From Lama guanicoe (taxonomy: Eukaryota), in the NCBI GenBank assembly GCA_013239625.1, contig MU054187.1:3793757-3857756 (forward strand): a DNA stretch of 64,000 nt, in the 5' to 3' direction. This document shows positions 13,151-23,499 of the stretch, in pieces. Each line of letters begins with the position of its first letter. Positions within the stretch are counted from its first letter, which is position 1. Both the position numbers and the translations under genes were made by a program. Under the pieces are notes generated by a model, which was given only the letters and a program-made list of their open reading frames with translations, was not told the DNA's origin and searched no databases.

Positions 13151-16100
13151 GGTCTACTATTTTCTTCTTTGTCATTTTTTTGCAGTTTCATTGTTTGGAA
13201 TTTCTAAAAGGTATTTATTGAAGTCGTTCAATCTACTCTTGTCACTTACCTTATTTTTCAATTAAAAAAATTCTTTGTTTTGCTATGGATGAATTTTTCA
13301 CTGTTAACTTTCTGTTATCTAATGCAGTGTTTAACTGTGTAGAATCTATCCTGTTTAGTTTTTTGCCTAATAACAGTGTACCTCATTTATTGCTAACACA
13401 TTTTAATTTCATGATTTCTTGCTCTTTTTTTTGTTAATGGATGGCCTTCCTGCCTTTATCTCTTTGAAAATCTTGAAATACTTGTTTTAAACTTCCTTCT
13501 CAGATGATCTTAGTATCTGCATCGCATCATGAGTGAAGTCATTATTGTTGCATTTATTGGCTTTCTTAATGTTATTTTCCTTATATAATACAGAACTTTA
13601 TAGGGCTACTCGTATCAAATGGAAGTATTTGCTTCTCTCTTCCTCATTCTCACTTATTTAACAGTTTTGGTTCAGAAATAGAATTTATCTGAGGCCACTT
13701 CCCCACGATGAAGTAAATTGTATTGCGAATCTAGTGGCTAAGCCTGTAGGTGGCTTTGCCCAGGTCCTGGTTCTTCAACTGTTATCTCCTTACTCCTACC
13801 ACCCCGAGTAACCAGCGGTCCTAGTCAGCAATCTTGACTTTTTCCCAGCCTTCTTCAACAGATGGGAGGACCTGCGCATTCTATGAACGGCAGGGAGCCC
13901 CCGGGGAGACCCGGGGGACTGCGAGGAGACAGCTGCTGTACTAAACACGCTGCTGGTGTTCTCAACACGAAAGGATGCGGCGAGAACAACATAAAGCGTG
14001 TAGGGTATTTTGCCAGTGATGCCACGGAGTCCATCTCTGGGCAGGGTTATAGGCACATCGTGGAGACTGAAACAGGGAGGTAAAAAAGTAACTCCTGAGG
14101 GTATTTTATAGTTTAAAAGAACTTATGTATTTATTTTGTGGTTTAAGACCATTTACCACAGAGCAAAAAATAGTTCAGACACATAACTTGATTTGAAAAG
14201 CAAGAGAGTAACTAAGGATATCCAAGCGGTCAGTAAGCATCTAACATGATGTCTAACTTGACTGGTAATTAAGGAAATGTAAATTAAAACGATCACTGTT
14301 TCATCATACAGATTTCACATGTTTGTCGTAGACGATTGAGAAAGTGAAGAAGAGTATTCAGGGGCTATGCAGTTAGTTTCTGACTCATGAGAAACAGCCA
14401 TCAGGACAAGGAATCCTTCCCTGGACCTTCTCAGCCTCTGACCAGGACTGAAGCCCACAGACAGTATCTCATCCCTGCGAAGCCTCGGGTGAGGGACACC
14501 TGGTCCCCGAGAGGCTCAGCTGAGATATCCAGGTGAGGCGGGGCAAGGTGGAGAGAAGCCCATGAGGAACAACTGGGGGACTTGTGATAGTCTAGCTGAC
14601 CCTGTGAGCGCTGACTGTGCTGGGCCTTAAGCACCGGTATATGTTGAAATGTGAACTTATTCCCATAAGCTAATGAGGCGTAGATGAGGAGAGTGTGGCA
14701 GGAGAGTTTCAGGTCACAGTGCTGGGATTTCAACCCGGGCAGCCTGGCCTCGGAGTTCACATGTTGCTAATTCTCAGGAGGAACCCAGGCCAGCACTCAG
14801 GCTTGGAGGAGAACTGGGGAGTTCCCCTCCCCAGGTGAGGGGAACTGAGGTGAAGAGTCCCAGTCCCGGGAAAGGTACAGAGTGGAGCAGCAGCGCCCAC
14901 TGCAGTTCGTGCGGATCATCCTGAAAGGTGCATGACGTTTTCCAGGAGAGGCTCTAAGTGAGCTGCAGCTTTGAGTTCACCTTACCCAAGGCTCTAGCGC
15001 ATTTAACCCGAAGTCCCAGTCCTGAACTTGTCCTAGCCCTGGTCCTCCCATGGTTTTGGAGCCCGGACACGTGTGCTGAGCACACGCTGAGTGCCACAGC
15101 CAGAGAACCCTCACCTGAGTTTAAAACAGCATCCCAGGTGACTTTTAGGCAAATACCCCTCAGCACTTAAATAGGAAATTCTTGAAAAGCAAAGCCTTTA
15201 GCAGGTAGAGCTGTGAAAGTCTCATGATGGGATTTCAGACTGAAGGCTGGACAGCACGGGGGACAACTGGGGACATGGGGAGGCTGCACAGCACCGCCCG
15301 AGGCATGTTCTGTGCGCAGCCACCCTTGCTCACTGCACGATAGGGGCCTGGGCCGGGACCTGGCTTTGTTTGACATTTAGCGCAGGAGCCGGTGGCCCCA
15401 CAGTCAGCGAAAGGGAAGGAGCCATCTTGCCCCATGGGCTGTTTTCTTTCCCCTTTCTTCCTCCTCCTCCTCCTGTTTCCCCGGCTCCTCCTCCGTTCCT
15501 TCCCTCCCTAAACATTAGTGGTGCGCCTCTAGGCTCTCAATTCACCACGTATGAAGGGCTGAGGAAACAGAAGAGTGAGTGACGCTGTCCCATCCCAGGC
15601 ACTGCTGGGCCCTTGGCAGACACCACGGAGGGTGGAAGCGAGGGCCAGACACTCGTGTGTTAACCACCCTGAGTGTCGGTCTACACAGCCACCTCAAATA
15701 GAAATGAAAGGGCTCCTCGGGGAGAAAAGCAGTGTCTTCATTTGACTGTGTTACTTTCTGGGACATGCTGGGTGATGAGCTCTGTATGTACACATGCTGT
15801 GTTATTGTGAGATAATATTGGGTTACTGTCTTCTCAGGCAGGGACAAGTCATTCTACTCTTACTCTCTCTGGGGTGTAGGCTGGATTTCTTGTTTTTAAG
15901 ATTTGGGAATCCTTAGTTCTAGGGGTGAGAATTAAGTGATTTTTTTCTTTTCCCCTCAAACGACTAGCCCCGTGTCTCTCAAATCTGACCTGCAGATGGG
16001 TTTAGTTTGGGACACAATGTTTTAAATGGAATCAGTGGCCGAAATGAGAAACTTGGGATATTATCATGGAAATCTAGGTTTTGGATTATTTTGGAAAAGT

Positions 16101-16739
16101 CTGGTGCTGGCATTTCTAAAGGAAACCGTCGGCTCAGGCTGAATAGAGACCTGCCATCTCTGATGTGGTCCAGCCCCTCACTCCTTGTCGTTTTGGACCC
16201 GGGCGTCCACAGACCAGCTGCTGTTTATTAGTGTCTTCCCAGTCTGCTTCAAACACTTACACTGTTTGCATCTCTAGTTCAAAAGGAGGAGGGAGGGCTC
16301 TCATCTGGAAGAAGTCACCCTGTCGAGGATCAGGAAGATAGACGGTGGTGGGGCTCCGTGAGTGGGAGGGACCTGTGACCCCTGCACTGATGCTGCACAT
16401 AGCCATGTACATGGCCGAGCGGATGTCCCTGAAACCCAGCTTGCACAGCTACAGTGCAGAGGCTCTTCCTCTGTCATCCTCAGTTGCTAAACTCCGATTT
16501 TGGGGGGAAGAACACAAAAGAAAGGATGGGTGGGGGTCCTAGGAAGATGACTTAGTGGATGGGAGTTTAGCTGCAGGTGGTTTCAATTAGAAAAACAAAG
16601 AAATACCTGTATTTGTACCTGTATGTTGTCCTAGATGGGTTAATTAATATGAGTGGCCATAAACTTCTTGTGTGATGAGAATTTGTCTTAAAAAAACCTT
16701 CATAACACCTTTCTCAATAATCTGGTCACCAAATCCCTT

Positions 16740-17015
16740 TGTTCATTCATATATCCATCCATCAGATATTGGAGGACCCACTATGGTGGTGGGTGTAGGA
16801 GTGGACGACAGTGAGCAAGAGAGGGTCCCAAGTTCTTCCCGTTCTTGGTAGAGACCTGGATGAGAGACAGGGAACCAGAGTGGAAAGGACATTGATTGGG
16901 AGCAAGAGGTTTGGGGCCTTAACTCCATTTCTGTTCTTTACCTGCTAGGCAATCTTGGGCCAACAACTTGACCTTTCTGGGCTCCATTCTCTTTATTTGT
17001 AAAATGGAGCTAAAT
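16740..17015 (+). mobile_element. L2 3' fragment followed by a MIR fragment
   Basis: TTCATTCAT... L2-type end, then TCTTGGGCCAACAACTTGACCTTTCTGGGCTCCATT...TGTAAAATGG MIR core. Confidence 0.55.
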
Positions 17016-17388
17016 TATCTTTAATTTTTAATTACCATCTAAAATACTTTGCTGGAGAACAGAGACGTACACATCTGGATGCAAATGCAGATTTCCTCAT
17101 GTGTGAGGGCATAGCTCTTTTCTCTACTGGGCTTTGGTTTGCCTTCACATACCCGAATTCCAGAAACCTGAGCGTGGAAATACATTTCATATTGTTTCAA
17201 AGTGTTTGCTCCTCTAAGATTTCCTCCTTAAGGAATTAAATGAAAAATGTTTTTGCAGCCTCAGCTGTTGGAAGAGGAGGAAGCCAGTGATGATTCTGTC
17301 CAAAGCAGGTGGTTTCACTGTTAAGGATGTGCAAATGAGAGCCTTGGAGAAGAGACTTGCGAGGATTGTGTGCAGTTGGGGTCATGGG

Positions 17389-17682
17389 TTTATTGTATCT
17401 GTATACAAGTAAGCATTTATTGGTGTTTTGTCAAAAATAAAGGACAAAGTCATAACAAAAACTATTTTAGCATAGAAACAAGACGCTGCAATAGACCAGT
17501 ACTGAGCTTAACGACTCTCGAAAGAACGCAGGACCTGAAATGACAGCTTTCAGGTTGGATAGTTAATTATCCAGACAATAAAGTAAGCCACACAGGACAA
17601 GAAACGCGACCCACCAAGCAGTCTCTCACTGGGGGATGGAGGGAGGCTTGTGGGAGCCTGGGGTCACTGATGGGAAAGGGTA
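17389..17682 (-). terminator. PENK: PENK 3' UTR with two AATAAA polyadenylation signals (17421-17416 and 17394-17389)
   Basis: TTTATT on the plus strand at 17416-17421 and 17389-17394, about 260-290 nt after the stop codon. Confidence 0.85.
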
Positions 17683-18345
17683 TTAAAATCTCATAAACCC
17701 TCCATATCTTTTCTCCATTTCGGGAGCTTCCTTTGAGTAACCTTCGCCTTCTTCGTCGGAGGGCAGAGAACCCGCAAAGCGCTTCAGGAAGCCCCCGTAC
17801 CGTTTCTGGTAGTCCATCCACCACTCGGGGCGCCCCACTCTTCTCATGAAGCCCCCGTATCGCTTCTGCAGCTCTTTGGCTTCCTCTTCCAGTTGGGGGC
17901 TTCTCTTCAAGCCTCGCATGAAGCCCCCGTATCTCTTGCTCACGTCTTCGTCATCGCTGCCCTGCTGGTGGGGACCCCCCTCTCGGTGGTCCCCCGCTCC
18001 CAGCAGTTCTTTCAGCAGGTCTGAGGACTCGCCCAGGGCGGCGTCTTCCTCCACATCCTTCTTCATGAAGCCCCCGTATCTCTTGCCAAGGATTTCCCCT
18101 TCAGTGGCCTCTTCCTCTGGCTCCGCAGGGTACAGCTCATCCATTTTCTTCATGAAGCCCCCATACCTCTTCATGAAGCCCCCATACTTCTTGGCTAGCA
18201 AATGGCTGTCCTCGGGTCGGCCGCTTTCTCGGAGGGCACTGGTGCCATCTGCAGGGAGCTCCAGCTGGGACAGCTGCAGGAGCTCCTTGCAGGTTTCCCA
18301 GGTCTTGAGAGACGGCAGCTTTCCCTCACATTCCAGGGTGCAAGC
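17683..18345 (-). CDS. PENK: Proenkephalin-A, last coding exon (aa 47-266): 4 Met-enkephalin, Met-Enk-Arg-Gly-Leu, Leu-enkephalin, Met-Enk-Arg-Phe; peptide E/BAM and peptide B regions
   Basis: Acceptor TTTTCCCAG|GCT TGC (AG at 18347-18346). Reads ACTLECEGK...SHLLAKKYGGFMKRYGGFMKK...YGGFMRGL...YGGFMRRVGRPEWWMDYQKRYGGFL...YGGFMRF-TAA, in frame with ORF 17683..18201. Six synenkephalin Cys (26, 30, 33, 48, 52, 65) and dibasic cleavage sites are present. Confidence 0.99.
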   Translation of the reverse strand, partial: ACTLECEGKLPSLKTWETCKELLQLSQLELPADGTSALRESGRPEDSHLLAKKYGGFMKRYGGFMKKMDELYPAEPEEEATEGEILGKRYGGFMKKDVEEDAALGESSDLLKELLGAGDHREGGPHQQGSDDEDVSKRYGGFMRGLKRSPQLEEEAKELQKRYGGFMRRVGRPEWWMDYQKRYGGFLKRFAGSLPSDEEGEGYSKEAPEMEKRYGGFMRF

Positions 18346-21183
18346 CTGGGAAAAGAATTCGACTTAATGACAAAATGAGGCTTTTTTGATTTCATGAAGT
18401 GAACACATTTTTATAGACCACCATATGCTTGCTTGTGGAAACGCCCACGTAATAAACTCATGTTTCTTATTACAACTTTTTGTCATACTGAACAGGCAAA
18501 TCAGAGGAAAGGCAAAAGGAGAGATTGTGGAGAATTAATAGAATCAAATTAGAATTTTTCTTTGAATTTTAACAGATTGTATATACGGTGCCATTTCAAT
18601 ATTGTAAAGATTTTTTTCCCAGCCAATTTTAACCTAGACTGGCAGCTTGCACAATCTAATTTCACAGGATAGTTTCCCACTGCTGACTTCATTTTGTCTG
18701 AGATTTTTCTAACCAAAATTTTACCTAATTAGGAACATTATTCCTGAATTACTGTTACTGTCTTTTCTTACCAATAAAATCAGTGTTAATAATATAAGTT
18801 TGTTTACTTCCTTGTGTTAATATTTTACTTGGAATGGTAGCTAATATTCCTGCAAACCCTTTCACCCTTCTAAGAAAGACAACAGTTTAAAAATAAAATT
18901 GAAAAGCAAGGCAGTCTAAAAACTCAATTTAAATGCTGCAAGTTATTTGGATTATGACATACTGACTTGCTGAAAGCAGAGTTGTTTTACTTCCCCTGCT
19001 CCCTTATTTGATTAAGACAGGTTTAATTATTTTGAGTCAAATGTTTATAGTGATGAAGTCTGATATAAAATAATACATATGTAGATGTTCAATTAATTCA
19101 AGTTTATTTTCTTAATATTTAGCCAGTCACTGGTATGCAGAAAAAGCCTTTTCCAATGGAAATCATGTTATTTGACAAAACAAGAATAATCAGGTTATAA
19201 TTATTTCCTTTTTATTAAATAATAATTAAATTCTAATTATTGTAAGATTTAGGCTATATATTCTAATAATTTAAGATTCTCTTCTGTTCAACAGATCACT
19301 CGGATATGATAAACTGAGTACTAATGTTCTAGAACATTTGTAAAGATCCAATTGATATTTCTTAGCAATTATATGGCCTCCTGAAGTCTACTTATGGAAA
19401 ACAGTTACTAACCCTTGATTTGGACATAAAAACCAAGCCCTTCTTGGGATTGAAAAATATATTGATATATTACTTAATATGAAATATACACATATTATTT
19501 TCACAATAAAAGGAATCATCTTATTAGTGTAAGACGATTCTTCAGGGTATATATTTAACCAGCTTTTAATGATTGCTTAAGCTTTGTGTCTAAGAAAATT
19601 AAATATATGCACATATAAAAATCTAAAGACCTAATTAAAATCATTCTGTTTTCTTGATATCTGATTAAGAAATCAAGACATCATTAAGAATTTAAAATGT
19701 ACAGGTGTCAATATTATTTCCACCCTAAAATGACATTTGAATGATCTATTTGTCAAAAATTAATGTTGAATATTTTTTATACTATAACCAAAAGGCTTTT
19801 TAAATGTTGGGATTCCTTCAAAAATAAATAATGGCAAAAAATCCGAATAACACAGTCATGTTACAGAAATGGTGTTACTTTATATTTATATGCTCCTGTA
19901 GCCACCTATGAATTTTTGTAGTATTTATCACGTCTGTATTAGTTGGTAAAATCAGTCATGGCATGCCTGCTCATCTTTGCATCCACCACAGAAGGAAGCA
20001 TAAGTGTCTTTCACATGATAGAAGCTCAATAAATATTTGTTACATTGATTTTACTGCATAGTTCTGGCTAGGCCACCTCATTTCTCATGTGTCTTTTCCA
20101 TCCAATGGAAAATTCCAGAGCTGGTGTTAACTCTAACAATATAGTCATTAACAAGCCTTTTGGCACAAAGAAAGTAATGACCCTCAATGTAAGCCCCAAT
20201 AGAAAACCAACCAGTTAAACAAAAATCAAATCGGAAAGAAAAAGATGGATGAAGGGGACTGTCATCCCTATTTAAGATGCAACATTTTTCCCCTCAGTTT
20301 AAATATAAAGCCCTACTACATTTCTTGTCAGATGAAGTGGATCAGGTAACCCAAATGGAACAAACATTTAACCTGAAATATATGCTGTGGGTTTTGCGGA
20401 ATCCTTTCCTTAATTTTTGTCCCTGTTTTATGCATCTACATAACAAGATTGCTTCAGAGGCTCTAGTGAGGAGTTTAACTCTTTGGATTAATACATTATT
20501 CTCTGTCAAACTTTTAAAGTCATCACAGGAATTCAACAAATTGAGAAGATGGTGCAAAGGAATCATTGGGGGATTTAGTTAAAATGAAGCTTCCTGGGTC
20601 CCAGATTTCAGAGATTCTGACTCAATAGAGCGACAGGAATGATTCAGGAGCACACGGGCTAGAATGATTAGAATGACAGTTCTCTTGACCTTAGAAGCCC
20701 TCCCCCACCCCACCCCCCCAGCCCCTGTGTAATTTATTTTTGCATTGTTGCCACTTCTTTGAACTTGGCCACCTCTCCTGTGCCTTTTTCATAGCCAAAT
20801 TAAACTGTTGTCTTAGTAGGTATTACAAAACTACGTTTTAGACAAGACAGAGGTTGAATTCCAGGGTCATTTGCCTGTAAAAAGAAGTCGCTTAATCTCT
20901 TTCTCTCCTCTCTGCTCTCCCTTCCTCCTCTCCCTTTATCCATCTTCCCCATCCCGTTGCTCTCTCCTACCCACAGGTGAGGGTCAGGACTGAGGGTCCT
21001 GAGGTTAAAAGGGCTAGAGAAATGAAATTTGAAGGAAAACGATGAAATATAATTAATTTAAAAAGTCAACATCATTTACGGAAAGGATGGGAAGATGGTT
21101 GTGTGTGGAAGGGGCCCTTGGTGGGCTATGTGAGGAGGTGGGGTGACTGAGCATCTTCCTTGGGACGCGAAAGGCGACAGCAC

Positions 21184-21204
21184 AGTGCTCTCCGAGGTGC
21201 TGAA
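21184..21204 (-). promoter_or_regulatory. RE1/NRSE (REST-binding) element in PENK intron 3
   Basis: Minus strand TTCAGCACCTCGGAGAGCACT versus consensus TTCAGCACCACGGACAGCGCC. Both half-sites and the 2-nt spacer are intact. Confidence 0.85.
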
Positions 21205-21452
21205 CAGAGCGCAGCTCTGGGCTCCCGCATCCCCGGGCTAAAACAAACTTGGTTTGCGTGGAGGCACCGCCGCCCTTAGTGGTCTCTAGATAGTCGCGGG
21301 TTCTGGAAGCTGAGAGCTAGAGCGGGACCTTGGTCAGCGTTAAGGGAACAATTGGGACAGCTGGGTCACCAGGCGTCCGCGCCAAATGTGACCGCGAGAC
21401 GCTTCGCGCGGTGGGCCCGGCTACCAGCTCCTCCACCGCGCAGAACACTCAC

Positions 21453-21590
21453 CAGCGGGTTGAGGTCGGTAGGGCGCGCCAGGCGGTAGCTGCACGTCGC
21501 GCAGTCCTGGCTGCATTCTGCCCGCACGGTCGCCACAAGCCCAGGGCTGAGTGCCAGCAGCCAAGTGCAGAGTCTCAGGAACCGCGCCAT
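21453..21590 (-). CDS. PENK: Proenkephalin-A, first coding exon (exon 3 = 21453-21593): signal peptide and start of synenkephalin, aa 1-46
   Basis: ATG at 21590 gives MARFLRLCTWLLALSPGLVATVRAECSQDCATCSYRLARPTDLNPL. Acceptor CAG|TCC-ATG (AG at 21595-21594) and donor GTGAGT at 21452-21447. 138 nt, phase 0. Confidence 0.97.
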
Positions 21591-22000
21591 GGACTGCGGG
21601 GAGAGGGCGCACGAGCTCCGAGCCTGCCCGGGCGCAGAGCCGGTCCCAAAGAGGAACTCCTCGCCGGGCAGACCCAACCAGGGGTTCGTCGAACCAGAGC
21701 TCGCCCGGGCACTCTTTCCTGCACCACTGCCACCGGGGGACCGCTCAGATTGCCCCGCGGTTCCTGAGTTGTCACTGTCGCCCGGAGCCAGGGGCGGCCC
21801 GGGGGAAGGATTCTGGAGGGGACTACGAAAACCAAATTCGAAAGCGCGGGAGCCCCGGGAAGCGCGACACTGACCCAGGCCACTAAGAGGGAGAGGGAGA
21901 AAGTTGAGGAACCCCATGCAAAGAAACGTGGAATAAAACGCAGCTGGCGGCCGGCCCCAAACCCCACGCAGCAAAGCGAGCCTTGGCCAAGTTCACTCAC

Positions 22001-22056
22001 GTTGCGGCTGCTCGGAGCGCGCAGGCTGCTCGGAGAAACCGGGTCCCGGGCCGACT
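22001..22056 (-). other. PENK: PENK non-coding exon 2 (56 nt)
   Basis: Polypyrimidine tract and acceptor TCTCCTCTCCCTCCTAG| (AG at 22058-22057), donor AC|GTGAGT (22000-21995). Gives introns of 82 and 407 nt, matching the four-exon layout I recall for human PENK. Confidence 0.7.
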
Positions 22057-22138
22057 CTAGGAGGGAGAGGAGACCAAGGTGTGAGGCGGGCGCGCGGCGC
22101 CGCAGCGGCGGCCGGGGCGCGGGCGGCGCTGGCCTCAC

Positions 22139-22210
22139 CGTCGCGGTCCTCGGCGTCGCCGCGGCTGCAGCGCAGAGTCCGGGCGCCTGCCTCGCCTGCC
22201 TCCCTCGCCG
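22139..22210 (-). other. PENK: PENK non-coding exon 1 (TSS approximate)
   Basis: Starts about 25-30 nt downstream of TATAAAG (22241-22235) and ends at donor G|GTGAGG (22138-22133). TSS is inferred from TATA spacing only. Confidence 0.75.
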
Positions 22211-22234
22211 TCCGGGCTGCGGCGGCCGGAGCCA

Positions 22235-22241
22235 CTTTATA
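22235..22241 (-). promoter_or_regulatory. PENK TATA box (TATAAAG)
   Basis: CTTTATA on the plus strand inside a GC-rich island, directly upstream of exon 1. Confidence 0.9.
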
Positions 22242-22274
22242 ATTCGCCCCCGAGCGCAGGAGGCGGGCGCGCCC

Positions 22275-22316
22275 CAATCGCCGGCGGGCTGCGGCTGACG
22301 CAGGCCCTACGCCGGC
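22275..22316 (-). promoter_or_regulatory. Enkephalin cAMP/phorbol-ester enhancer: ENKCRE-1-like, ENKCRE-2 (TGCGTCA, 22302-22296) and adjacent GC-rich AP-2-type site
   Basis: Minus strand reads GCCGGCGTAGGGCCTGCGTCAGCCGCAGCCCGCCGGCGATTG, recognisably the well-studied PENK enhancer, about 55-75 nt upstream of the TATA box. Confidence 0.9.
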
Positions 22317-23499
22317 CCCGCGCCACCCCCGCCGGAAGGGGGGGGGTTCCCAGCCCCGGCGGAGGGACGCGCGTGGCGGCCTACCCCTCGACGAGGTGAC
22401 ACGGTGAAGCAGTTAGGAAAGTTGGGGAGAGAGTGGGCCGAGATCAAGTTCCCCCGCGCTAAGGCACTGCAATAGCCCTCTCGGGGTGCGGACTCGGGGC
22501 CAGGGCCCAGGTGGGCGTGTTCGCTGGCAGACAGCCTGACTTCGATTGCGCCGGAGACCCTCGCGGCAGGGAACTTGCCTCCCCCGCCTCCTCCTGGAGC
22601 GCCCCCGCGCTCCGGGTGGGCACCAGGCGCTGCTGTCCCCAATGTCGTCACTCGTCCGCCCGTCAGTCCCCGCACTAGACCTCCTTACTGACAGCGTCAA
22701 GCGCTTAGTAGGCGCTCAGTTAATGGTTAAAGGAATGAATGATTGAAACTTGCCGGGAATCTTAAAATCTAAGGACGGAGCTTTCCTTTTCGCGTTAGTG
22801 AGACCCCTCGCCAAGCGCGCACGCGGTGAAGCCCATGCTTCTGAAACAGCGGTCCCCGGGCACCGCTCGCCGTGCGGCCATCGCGGGGGGGAACCCGCCT
22901 TCACCCAGTTCCCTAAGCAGGCTTTCAAGATGGGGACCCGTTGCCTTGGGTTTTCGACAAGTGGGAGGGGATGCGGGCCGGGGGCGACATCGGCGCGCCA
23001 GGACTATGGTGGCGCGGGAGCCATGTGTATCTGGGGCTTGGGGCGCGCACAGCGGTTTGGCAGGCAGAGGACAGAGCGCCCAAGGCGGAGGCTGGGGCTG
23101 TCGATTGAGACTCGCTACTTAGCTTTGAAGAGGATTGCCAAGAAGCAAGCCATTTACCTTGTCTGAGGCCTCAGTTTCCCCTTTTGGAAAATAGGGAGGG
23201 ACAGAAGTGATGAGGGACAGAGGTAAAGAGGGCAAATAGAGATGAAGACTATTCATAGGGTTCTGGAGACACGCAAATGAAATAATGGACGGAGGCATTC
23301 AGCCTTGTGCCTGGCACAGCTCAAGCCCTAAAAACCTGTTTCCAACCATGTCATCCATCTACCTTTCGGTTTGTCTGTCATTTACCTATTCTACGTTTAT
23401 TGTTTATTTATCCATCCATCTATGTATCTATCTATCTATTCTGACCCTAGAGGAAAACCACAAAGAGCCCCAGAGCCCAGAGAGAAAGGATCAGTGTTT

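Larger units (their letters stand above)
21160..23110. promoter_or_regulatory. CpG island over PENK promoter and exons 1-3
   Basis: Very high GC with dense CG/CGCG by inspection; boundaries approximate. Confidence 0.9.

Noticed and set aside
1..17300. Possible exons of the short-chain dehydrogenase genes (SDR16C family) that neighbour PENK in other mammals
   Set aside because: No SDR motifs (TGxxxGxG, YxxxK context) seen in the ORF track. Short exons cannot be excluded without tBLASTn.
17846..18367. 173-aa plus-strand ORF with repeated MKPPY motifs
   Set aside because: Antisense shadow of the PENK enkephalin repeats; no independent gene evidence.
23345..23440. Degenerate TATC/TCCA repeat upstream of the promoter
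   Set aside because: Ordinary decayed tetranucleotide microsatellite; no evidence of function.
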